DNA from: Tetramitus jugosus
Lineage: Eukaryota; Protista; Heterolobosea
DNA length: 64,000 nt
Assembly: GCA_937625935.1 (NCBI GenBank)
Contig: OW569363.1
Span: forward strand, 248,001-312,000
Direction of reading: 5' to 3'
The translations under genes and the position numbers were made by a program. A model generated the notes under the pieces. It was not told where the DNA came from. It ran no database searches and was given only the letters and a program-made list of their open reading frames with translations. Every line of letters begins with the position of its first letter. The stretch's first letter is position 1. Positions 22,032 through 31,434 of the stretch are shown here, piece by piece.

Positions 22032-23834
22032 TTAGTTGTTGCTCTTAGCAGGTATTTGCTTCACGTCGATCAAATCTCTCAACTCTGACAAGTCACGGTA
22101 CTGCTTTTTTTGTAGAATAATCTTTCTGGCGTCTCTCATGACACGAGCACCACTCACATTCCACAACAGAATACCCACAACCTTATTATCTCTCATGTAA
22201 TAAACAATTCCTCTCTTGAAGCTCTCGTTCTTCAATGGAGCAGGAGCATTGTTCCATGGAGTACCATTCTGAGAAACTGCAACACCATCCCAAACACCAT
22301 AGGTATCCAACTCGGATTTGATCTCACCAACGGCCTGGAAGGACACGTTCTTACCGACATCACTCCAGAACATGCTCACATGTCTGAAAGGCTTCATGTG
22401 TGGTGATGACATGTTCAATCCAGCATGTCTTCCGGTGGCAGTTGCATGCTCATAGTGCTCTGATCTTCTACGTCCGAGAACAACATCATAATAACTCAAT
22501 ACATCACCTGCTACAAATACATTCTGTCTCGCTTCCAATTCAGCATTGGTCACAATTCCTCCATTCACAGGATCAATCTCCAATCCGGCATTTTCTGCCA
22601 ACTCGGTATTAGGGAAGATGCCAGTTGCAGTCAAAACAAAGTCAGCCTCCAACTCTTCACCATTGTCCAATGTAACAATGACCTTCTCTACCTTTTCTTG
22701 AGAATTTGTGCTGTTGGGCTTGGATCTCTTTTGTAATGAAACCTTAATGACGTTTCGGTTAGGCTTGAGCTTCACACCAACAGATCGAAGAGCATCGCGA
22801 ACAGACTCGCTCAAATATCTTGGCAAATTACGTGCGAGCACCTCTGGCTCCAAGTACACTTGAGTCACACTGCCTACATCCTTTCCCTTCTCACTTCTCT
22901 GTGCCGTCTTGTGAGAGCTCAATGCATAGGACAACTCTGTTCCCAAGAAGCTACCACCGACAACAACGATATCAGCACCAGACTGACTCAGACGATACAC
23001 ATTCTTAAAGTCTTCCAATGTACGGAATGTGGAGATGCGATCTCTGGGCAATGCCTCAGATCCAGGAATTTCCCTCGGTGTTCCACCAGTGCCCAACAAG
23101 CACTTGTCATAACCAAATGACTTGCCATTGGCCAATGTGACAATCTGATTGATCACATCGACTTCAACAACTTTGGACCCGGTGAGCAGAGTGACATTCT
23201 TGTAACCCTCTGGCTCATACTCTACATGCGCCTTCTCATTGTTCCACGCAGTGAACAGTAGATTGGCTGCATCGGAATCCGAACTCTGCCACAACTCCTT
23301 GCTCAATGGAGGCCGTTGATAAGGTGCATAGTTCTCCTCCGTCAGAATCAAGATGGAACCTTCGGGATCATTTTCTCGAATGGCTTTGTATGCACAGTAT
23401 GATGATGTGCCTCCACCGACTAACACGTACTTGTATTGTTCATCAGCTGATTTATTTAGTGAAGTTACCTTGAGTTCGTGGTGATCATGGTGATGATGAT
23501 TCTTTCCCTCTGCCCTTTGCTTGGCCAATCTGGCATTACGTTCCTTTCTGTACTGTTCAAACTCCTCCAAAAGAGGGTCACCATTCTTAATGTCACTCTG
23601 AATCCAATAGTCAGTGTACAATGGTACAAAGACCAAAGGAAGTGCGAGCATGACAAAAAGGAATGGACCGAACTTGCCCTTTGTTTCCTGTTGGGCATTT
23701 TCAATATACTTTGGACGGTCACCCATTGTTTCGAAATGATGCTTGACAGAACTGCTGCATCTCTTTGCGAAACGATGAGTAGCCGACTTTTTGTTCGAGT
23801 TGAGTACAAATCTCTTGAATGTGTTTTGGAACAT
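22032..23834 (-). CDS. AIFM1: Mitochondrial apoptosis-inducing factor (FAD/NADH oxidoreductase)
   Basis: Basic presequence followed by a TM segment. Motifs VLVGGGTSS, PYQRPPLSKELW, VVGGSFLGTEL, GRRRSEHYEHA and SMFWSDVG. Confidence 0.9.
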   Translation of the reverse strand: MFQNTFKRFVLNSNKKSATHRFAKRCSSSVKHHFETMGDRPKYIENAQQETKGKFGPFLFVMLALPLVFVPLYTDYWIQSDIKNGDPLLEEFEQYRKERNARLAKQRAEGKNHHHHDHHELKVTSLNKSADEQYKYVLVGGGTSSYCAYKAIRENDPEGSILILTEENYAPYQRPPLSKELWQSSDSDAANLLFTAWNNEKAHVEYEPEGYKNVTLLTGSKVVEVDVINQIVTLANGKSFGYDKCLLGTGGTPREIPGSEALPRDRISTFRTLEDFKNVYRLSQSGADIVVVGGSFLGTELSYALSSHKTAQRSEKGKDVGSVTQVYLEPEVLARNLPRYLSESVRDALRSVGVKLKPNRNVIKVSLQKRSKPNSTNSQEKVEKVIVTLDNGEELEADFVLTATGIFPNTELAENAGLEIDPVNGGIVTNAELEARQNVFVAGDVLSYYDVVLGRRRSEHYEHATATGRHAGLNMSSPHMKPFRHVSMFWSDVGKNVSFQAVGEIKSELDTYGVWDGVAVSQNGTPWNNAPAPLKNESFKRGIVYYMRDNKVVGILLWNVSGARVMRDARKIILQKKQYRDLSELRDLIDVKQIPAKSNN

Positions 23835-24452
23835 TGCTTAAGCTATTCGTATGATTGTTGGTTGTTGCTGTGTTGATTGTTTTTGTTGGTTAGGGGATGG
23901 TGGTGATCTTTTTTTTCCTTTGAGACACACAACGTTGCTGGTACAGTTGCTGCTGGGGATCTTATTTTTTTAAAATAGACTGGAGACGGGAGATTGGTTT
24001 TTGGGGTACTCAAGTGACTACAACAACCCGGGTTTTTTTTCTTTGGTGCTTGCTTGATCGAAACTGATTGTTTTTTTCCAACGAGATGGCTTTTTCTTCA
24101 CAACAAATGGACGACAGTAGGAGAAAAAGTGTGTTTCTGTTCGAGTGTCGAATTTTAACAAGCAGCGAATTGTGATATCAAAAACGTCAATAAATGTTCA
24201 TAATGGTATGTTGGCACAAGATATACGAGTGCGCCACACAAGCTCGGTTCAAAACAAAAATAAAGCAGACCTACCTTCACGTTTCAAACAATAATTTGCG
24301 CAAAATTGTTCTTGTGGAATGCACTGGAGAAATTATTTTATTCCGATGGTCAACCATTCTTTGTAACATTTTCTCCTCTCTGAAACACCGGTCAAAAACA
24401 AATCATCTTCTTCCACTCACACGAGCATTTTTTGCCCACTCAAACAATTGGA

Positions 24453-25711
24453 ATGATTCGATCAGTCAAACAAATTAGCAACAAGTTTGCTTCAAACAAG
24501 AGACTTTATAGTACTGAGAGCAAGCCGACCGTTGCAGTGTTCGGTGCCGATGTTTACAATCCACTATCTGTCTATGTTCTCAAACAATTGATCCCAAAAG
24601 CAAATGTCAGAATTCAAACACAAAATATTGAACAAGTTAAAAATCATCTCAAATCCAGAGACATTGATGCATCAAAAGTCGAATTTTTCGAAGGAAATTC
24701 AGTGAACGAATACAGTGTCGAATCAACTATTTATGGATCTGATGCCGTTGTGAATGTAGAGCAACTTTTGATTGAAGCTGAGCGAAGCTATTTGGATGTT
24801 TATGTTCAGGGTCCAAGCAACATTGGAACCTTTGCTGACAAGCACAATGTAAAAACATTTGTTCAAACCAGTGTGATGGGTGCAGGTGTGTATTGATTGA
24901 ACTACGCGGAATTTATATTTTTCGTACCGCACTTTTTGTTTTTGGCTGAATGTTGTTCCTATGTTCGTTCACCTGTGCGTGGAGCTTCACAATTTTTGTG
25001 TGCACGCACGCAGTTGCAACAATAGCAACGGCAACAGCAGCAGTAGTCGTTTTCAACATTTATTAACATGTTTTTCTCTTGTTTGTTGTTGTATGCTTGT
25101 GCGTGTATGTGATTGATATTTGATTATTAGACTTGAACCATGAATCTCGATTTTTGGATGTGAATTATAGAGGTGAGGATATGGCATATGGTGCGTTCCC
25201 TAATGTGACTATCGTCAGACCAAACTTTGTTACCTTTGGTGACAAGCAAGCAATCTTTGAATTGTTCCAAACAAGATTGCCTCTCAAACTTTCTCCAATC
25301 ATTCCTTATCCTCGTCAGGCTCGCTTTGTTCGTGTCCAACCTGTTCACATCAATGATGTCGCAACCGCTATTACTAAAGTTACTTTGGAACAGGACATGT
25401 CTGGTAAGATTATAGAGTTGGGTGGTGAGACTACTCTCACTGTCAAGAACTTGTTGGGAAAGATGTTGAGTCCTAAGCTCTTCGTTCCAGTGCCAAAGGG
25501 TATTATTCACGGAATATATGGAGTTACTCAATTCTTGCCTGGTGCTGTGATCTCCAGAGATCACGTACCAATGGTTTGCTCATCTATGATGGACGACAGT
25601 GGATCCCTTTTGACTGACATGTGTGCCGGAGCTAACCTGCCTAGAGACCCTGCTCAACAGAAACGATATGCTACCTTTAAGGATCTGAACATTCAGCCAA
25701 TAGGAATCTAA
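24453..25711 (+). CDS. NDUFA9: Divergent NDUFA9-like (complex I 39-kDa) SDR protein; exons 24453-24885 and 25131-25711
   Basis: Presequence ending KRLYS, then TVAVFGA, FPNVTIVRP, VQPVHINDVA and ELGG. Phase-1 intron 24886-25130 restores SVMGADLNHESRF. Confidence 0.8.
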
Positions 25712-25832
25712 ACGGAGTGACTTTCATTCAGAAAACGGAGGGGTTAGTCACATGTCAATTTTTTGTTTGTTGAATATAAATTGTTATAGATCAAGATTGA
25801 TTCTGGTTGTATCATTTCATTTTTTCCGATAC

Positions 25833-25912
25833 TTGGCGCCAAAAGCGCGCTACACATTTTGGATAAAGAAAACAATTCGAATGCGATTCGAATGAGCAGT
25901 GAGAATTTCGAA
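25833..25912. promoter_or_regulatory. Putative E2F-like site plus three TTCGAA (CHR-like) hexamers upstream of katanin p80
   Basis: TTGGCGCCAAAA at 25833-25844 (TTTGGCGC on the minus strand). TTCGAA at 25876, 25887 and 25907. Confidence 0.35.
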
Positions 25913-25923
25913 CAAGAAACAGT

Positions 25924-27933
25924 ATGATACAAGTGAGTAGAAAGATTGAAAAAGTGAATGAATTTGTAGCTCATAGGCAGAGAATAAACTGTGCAAAGAT
26001 TGGTCCCAAATCAGGCCAGTACGTAGCAACAGGTGGTGATGATAAAGTGGTGAATGTTTGGAGCATGTTTAATAATGAAGGTAGTAGATCAATCAACAAG
26101 CCTTTATTTCAGTTGGTTGGCCACAGTAGTGCAATCAAGTGCTTGGCATTCGATGAGACCGAAGAGAGCATACTAGCAGGTTCAGAGAAAGGAAGCTTGC
26201 GTTTATGGGACCTAAACTCTCAAAATATCAATGATGTGAATAGCGTCAGTAATTGCGTTCGTAGTTTTCAACCTGGCCATAAAGCTCCGGTTACATGTCT
26301 CGATTTTCATCCGTTCGGTGCACATTTTGCGTCTGGTTCAGGGGATACCAATGTTAAAGTGTGGGACATTAGAGAAAGAAACTGTCTTCAAACATATAAA
26401 GGTCATGATAGTGCCATCACCAGCTTAAAATTTACCCCAGATGGTCAGATGTTAGTTAGTGGTTCTGCGAATGGAACAATCAAAGTATGGGATCTAACAT
26501 CAGCCAGGGAAATACCAATCACAGCTGATACCGCAATGTATCATAAGAAAGCAGTTACAAATATTCAATTTCATCCAATAGAGTTACTACTCGCCACTGG
26601 GTCAGAGGATAAAACGGTAAAGTTTTGGGAGTTTGATGATCGGAGTGTTAATTTCGTTGCATCTACCGAATTGGCCAGTTCGAGTGTCAGGAGTTTGGAG
26701 TTCATTGGACTCAGCGAAACTGGTGAATATGTTCTACCTAATGATTCAAATGCAATGCATTTATTGTCTGGAACCAATGATGGTATTCGGATTTTCTCAG
26801 ATTGGGATAAGATAGTTGATGACTCGAGAGAGTTAAGCACATTAAATTCTGTGAATATTGGATGGAGCCATCTCAGTGATATGAAAGTTGTTCCTGGAAA
26901 AGGAAATTCCCCAACTATCTTTGGTGTCAGTATGGCTAATACCTACAATGGTATTGGATACTTGAGCGTATGGGTCGTGGTGGCATCCAAGTTGTCAGAG
27001 AGAATGCCTTTGTCGTATAGTAATAGAAACTATAATTTGAATATTCCTGCCGCAAGAGTGTTTGTCCCAGATTCTGACGAAAAAGAACCAAAGAAAAACA
27101 ATCTACTCAACGAAAGTTTGACTCCTGACCTCCTTAAAGAAGTAAGAGATGGATACAACTTATCCAATGAAGACTTCTCCAAAGTTGAAGTTGAGAACTC
27201 TGAACCACTGCCTAACGTCGAAAACTCTGAAATACAACCTAGTTCAAGTGGGAATAGAAAGAGTCCCATTGAACGAACAAAATCGCAGGATGGAATTATT
27301 TCGAGGAATACATCGGGCACTCCAATAGGCTTACAAGTAGATGACTTTTTAGTGCATGGGGATGTATTCACACAATCGGACTCGGAAGTTATTTCCTCTA
27401 TCTTGTCTTCTCATGACAAGATGTGTGGAGTAATGCAAGCTCGGTTGACTAATATGAAGCTGATTGAGAGATTATGGTCCGCCAATGCCAAGGATGTTCG
27501 AGAAGCAATGAGATTAGTTGTCAATCAATTTGGAAAGCACAAAGATCATGCAATTGCAGTTGATATACTGCGAATTGTCATGAAGCCAGATTACGTGAAG
27601 AAGTACCTTAACCTGGACATTTGTGTCACTCTGTTGCCCTTGGTGAGAGATTTGTGTGGGACCAGATTTGAGGAGTACATTACGATGGCTCTGTATTCCG
27701 CGACTAATCTCTTCAATTGCTTCAGTTCGATCATTGCATCAGTTCTCAAGGCTCCCATGACAACTGGACCGTGTGATTTGAGTGCTGAAGATCGAAGAGA
27801 CAAGTGTGAAAATTGTCAGAGAGCCTTCCTAAAGATTAAACAGATTGCAGAGTCAAAATTCACCCATAGGATTGACGAGATTGGAACTCACGCAAGAACC
27901 TATGTGAAGACTCTGGGAAGTTTCGGCGAATAA
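25924..27933 (+). CDS. KATNB1: Katanin p80 WD40 regulatory subunit
   Basis: Starts EFVAH; WD40 repeats include LDFHPFGAHFASGSGDTNVKVWDIR. C-terminal con80 region with HDKMCGVMQARLTN and DLSAEDRRDKC. Confidence 0.93.
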   Translation: MIQVSRKIEKVNEFVAHRQRINCAKIGPKSGQYVATGGDDKVVNVWSMFNNEGSRSINKPLFQLVGHSSAIKCLAFDETEESILAGSEKGSLRLWDLNSQNINDVNSVSNCVRSFQPGHKAPVTCLDFHPFGAHFASGSGDTNVKVWDIRERNCLQTYKGHDSAITSLKFTPDGQMLVSGSANGTIKVWDLTSAREIPITADTAMYHKKAVTNIQFHPIELLLATGSEDKTVKFWEFDDRSVNFVASTELASSSVRSLEFIGLSETGEYVLPNDSNAMHLLSGTNDGIRIFSDWDKIVDDSRELSTLNSVNIGWSHLSDMKVVPGKGNSPTIFGVSMANTYNGIGYLSVWVVVASKLSERMPLSYSNRNYNLNIPAARVFVPDSDEKEPKKNNLLNESLTPDLLKEVRDGYNLSNEDFSKVEVENSEPLPNVENSEIQPSSSGNRKSPIERTKSQDGIISRNTSGTPIGLQVDDFLVHGDVFTQSDSEVISSILSSHDKMCGVMQARLTNMKLIERLWSANAKDVREAMRLVVNQFGKHKDHAIAVDILRIVMKPDYVKKYLNLDICVTLLPLVRDLCGTRFEEYITMALYSATNLFNCFSSIIASVLKAPMTTGPCDLSAEDRRDKCENCQRAFLKIKQIAESKFTHRIDEIGTHARTYVKTLGSFGE

Positions 27934-28154
27934 ATATTGCAAGTGTGAAAACATAGTGGAACCAAAAAATGATTTAGTTTAACTCTAGTTTTTATTCTTA
28001 TTGGAGGGAGATGTTGCCGATTGGTAAGGAGTAAATAATATGGTGTCTCTCTTATTTACAAAATAGCATAATGTAAGGTGGTGTGTGTGTTTGGTGTTGG
28101 GGTTGAGTGGATATAATCCGGTATGTGCATGTGCGTTTCACTTCACAAGCTAGC

Positions 28155-28739
28155 TTAATAGTCTTGAGACATGGCAGCGTCTTCAGATTCTTCTGGAGCA
28201 GACTTCTTTGATGACTTCTTGGTTCCAGATGACTTCTTCTTTGTGGTGGTTGCCTTCTCACCTTCTTCCTTCTTCTCTGGCAACAAGATGGAGTGAATGT
28301 TTGGCAAAACACCACCAGAAGCAATGATCGCATCGGACAAGAGCTTGTTCAACTCCTCGTCGTTTCTAATAGCCAATTGAATGTGTCTTGGAATGATTCT
28401 TCCCTTCTTGTTATCTCTTGCAGCGTTACCGGCCAACTCAAGAATTTCAGCAGCCAAGTATTCCAAAACGGCAGCCATGTACACTGGTGCACCAGCACCG
28501 ATTCTCTCAGCATATCTGCCATCTCTCAAGTATCTGGCCAATCTACCGACTGGGAATTGAAGACCAGCACGAGCAGACTTTGTGATTGCCTTCTCTCTTG
28601 GAGCACCGTCCTTTCTTTGGCCTCTGCCACCTACAGCAGCACCACCCTTCTTGCCCTTCTTACCGCCCTTCTTTGCGGTCTTGGAGGTAGTTTCAGCAGT
28701 CTCGGATGGAGTGTTCTTGGATTGTTCAGTATCAGACAT
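28155..28739 (-). CDS. H2AX: Histone H2A.X variant with extended tails
   Basis: Core [12 protein letters not shown]...[24 protein letters not shown]...[13 protein letters not shown]. Ends SQDY-stop, the SQ(E/D)-hydrophobic motif. Confidence 0.93.
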   Translation of the reverse strand: MSDTEQSKNTPSETAETTSKTAKKGGKKGKKGGAAVGGRGQRKDGAPREKAITKSARAGLQFPVGRLARYLRDGRYAERIGAGAPVYMAAVLEYLAAEILELAGNAARDNKKGRIIPRHIQLAIRNDEELNKLLSDAIIASGGVLPNIHSILLPEKKEEGEKATTTKKKSSGTKKSSKKSAPEESEDAAMSQDY

Positions 28740-28984
28740 GATTATTTATGATTGGAAGTGTTGTTTGAACTCTTTGTTGTTTGTGTTGTTGTATTTTTTT
28801 TCTCATAGCCAAGATCAAAGAAGCTCATTTTTTATCTCTCGAGAGTTGCATGCAAACACAAATTCAGTTACAGCGCCAATCGTCTGTTACAAAATTTCGA
28901 GAAATTCTACATGGATTTTGGTAAAAACAGGATTTTGTTTTCATTTTCGCGAATGAATGTTCAACGAACAACACTCGGAGAAAA

Positions 28985-29326
28985 TTACTCATTGGAGCCA
29001 AGTTTTGACCAGACAGACCTGAGAACGGAGGCGGCAAGAGTCGATGCATAGCTGGCCTCTTCCTCCTCTTTTCTCTTTCTTTCATCTTCAATTTTTTGTA
29101 TCCGGTTGAACATGTTCATGAGAGGCCCTGTCTTGTACGCCTCATTCTCATTTGAATAGATTTGGATCAACTTACAACTGGGAAACCGTTGATGTTCAGC
29201 GGCATTACTTGTTCTCAAAGTGTTTTGAATTGTTGCAACATCAGACGTACTATCTCCATTCGGTGTCGTATCAGATAGGTCCGTGTGGCTGTTGTTGGAT
29301 GTGCTCCATGTCAAAATATGATCCAT
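28985..29326 (-). CDS. Small hypothetical protein (113 aa)
   Basis: ATG-started ORF that fills an otherwise gene-sized gap, with a charged helix (QKIEDERKRKEEEE). No family recognised. Confidence 0.5.
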   Translation of the reverse strand: MDHILTWSTSNNSHTDLSDTTPNGDSTSDVATIQNTLRTSNAAEHQRFPSCKLIQIYSNENEAYKTGPLMNMFNRIQKIEDERKRKEEEEASYASTLAASVLRSVWSKLGSNE

Positions 29327-29544
29327 ATGTTCATACTGTTTATTGTTGGGTTAGATCATTAAACATTGCATGACAAAACAACTTCACTCATGTGTGCACA
29401 TACTGTTGGCCATTCCGATTGACGTTCTGTGTTGTTCATTGTTGTTCTTCACTGGTTTTCTAAGCCACCAATGTGAATTGTCCGATCGTGGATTCGCGCC
29501 AAAAAAACACTGACAACAAACAATCATCACCAACACCACACACA

Positions 29545-30388
29545 ATGGCTGCTACCACTAAATTGACAGAATTGGAAGAATCGTACAGAGAGTCCCACCA
29601 AAAATTATTTGACTTGTATCAATTGAGAACCAACAATGTTCAAATGGCTCAAGCTCTCGAAAGAGAGAGAAGAGTGGGACAAATTGTGAATGCTGAGTTG
29701 AAGTCATTGCCAAGTGACAATGTTTGCTATAAGACCATTGGTAAAATGTATGATGACGAATGAAATGTGTGACTATAGATGTCAAGACGTCTGGTCACAC
29801 ACATTGTTTTTTTTTGTATTCATTTGTGGTCATGGCGATGCGATCAGAAAAGCATACAAGGATGAGTGGATACGAATGTGGTGATAATGGTGATGGGTCA
29901 TGCATATGTTGATCTGTGTGGTGGTACACACAAACCACAGTGTGATTGATCCATCATTATTCAACCAACAACTCTGGTTGCTTTTTTTGTATTCGAACAC
30001 ACACATGACAATCAGAATGGTGGTTCAAGTGAGATGCTGACACATGTTCTATTACAATAATAATACTCATAATAATAATAATAATAATAGGTTTATTCAA
30101 AAGTCTGTTGATGAATTGAATGAGGAATTGAAGAAGAATAGCGACTTTTTGGACGAGGAATTGTCAAAGTTGCAAAAGAAGCGTGTTGCTATTCAAGAGA
30201 GTGTAGAAAAGGAGGAAGGTATGTCATTACATCAATCGGTGTCATCATTCAATCAGTTTCAGAGTACGTGTCGTCATGCTGATTCACTGACCACTTTTTT
30301 TTATTATTTGATTTCATTCGTTCATTGTTGTACGACAGACAACTTTAGAGGTGTTCATGCCGACTTGGAAAAGGAACGTTCCAAATAA
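29545..30388 (+). CDS. PFDN1: Prefoldin subunit 1 (beta-type); exons 29545-29747, 30091-30218 and 30339-30388
   Basis: Splicing 29748-30090 restores the beta-hairpin signature CYKTIGKMFI between two coiled coils. Second intron is 30219-30338 (GTATGT...GACAG). Confidence 0.82.
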
Positions 30389-30491
30389 ACACACCATTAT
30401 TTGTTATCATCATCTAAGACACTACTCTGTCTTTCTTTGCTTAAGCTGCTTGTAACACAAGTATCTACTAGGACATGTCATGCTCCATTTA

Positions 30492-31145
30492 TTACAATTC
30501 TTCCAACACTTCATGGAACTTTTTGTATGATCTCTCGAGATCAAACGTTAGCTGTCTCGTTTGACCATCATCCAATTCCTCATGTGCCTTCATATTGTTC
30601 AATGTTGTGAGCCAACTGATCAACGTCTTCTTTTCTGGATACTTTCGATCAATTTCTGGAACTGTGGCAAAAATGTGATTGACCGAGTTGACCACCAGTG
30701 TCAATCGAGGATGAATTTGATCCATGCTGTGAAGGTTCATCTCCAACGCGTCCATCAACGTGATAAAGTGTTGTGTACATTCGGCAACGTCCTTGCCTGA
30801 TACCTTGACAGAGGATACGTCTCTTCTGGCCATTGACTCTGGTGCTCCCATGACCAACAATCGATGTTTTGCAGCAGGACAGTTCAACTTGTACGTTTGC
30901 ATAAATTCCTCCACCGATGTACTAATCATGTTCCGAAGACTCTTAAACTTTTGAATCAGTGCCAAACATTGTTTCATGTACTCGTCTTGTGATATGGAAT
31001 CTCTGATGAATGCCTTCTCTAGTTTCTCTGTGGCGTAGATGACAGAGTACAGCTCGGCCAACGTATCATACTGTTCTCTCTCTTGTCGTGTCGTTGCTAG
31101 TTTGACTCTTTCGGTAGTTGTTGTTGCTGTTGTTGCACTGCTCAT
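30492..31145 (-). CDS. VPS28: ESCRT-I subunit Vps28
   Basis: Motifs EREQYDTLAELYSVI, LEKAFIRD, VAECTQHFITLMDAL and RQLTFDLE. Likely ATG at 31145. Confidence 0.94.
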   Translation of the reverse strand: MSSATTATTTTERVKLATTRQEREQYDTLAELYSVIYATEKLEKAFIRDSISQDEYMKQCLALIQKFKSLRNMISTSVEEFMQTYKLNCPAAKHRLLVMGAPESMARRDVSSVKVSGKDVAECTQHFITLMDALEMNLHSMDQIHPRLTLVVNSVNHIFATVPEIDRKYPEKKTLISWLTTLNNMKAHEELDDGQTRQLTFDLERSYKKFHEVLEEL

Positions 31146-31434
31146 TGTTTTCTTTTGATGGGTGATGATGGTGGCGATGGTGATGGTGATCGGGTGTATG
31201 GTACAAGTTGTTTGTTTTTTTTTGTATGGAAGGAAGTCAAACACTGACCTGGAACACTCCAAATAAAACATTTATCCGACTCGTTCTACAATTGACCGAC
31301 CAGCCAATACGCTGTTCAAAGAATCTCGGGGAATAAAAAAACCCCAACTACTTGGAACCAAATCATCCCACCACACAAAAAAACTAAACAAACAACAACA
31401 ACAATTTCTTCTCCTTTCGTGTGACTTTTCAAAC

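Noticed and set aside
28293-28751. 152-aa antisense ORF over H2A.X
   Set aside because: It is a shadow ORF of a codon-biased conserved gene, with no recognisable protein features.
29750-30040. C/D-box snoRNA in prefoldin intron 1 (ATGATGA ... CTGA)
   Set aside because: The C-box overlaps the splice donor, the CTGA is better explained as the branch point, and the spacing of about 290 nt is too long.
31146-31271. N-terminal extensions given by the ORF track (VPS28, also NAGK, SF3B3, ADA, START, USP and the 45584 and 46096 ORFs)
   Set aside because: They mostly come from TTG/GTG starts or read through CAA-rich leaders. Downstream ATGs fit the family N-termini or signal peptides better.
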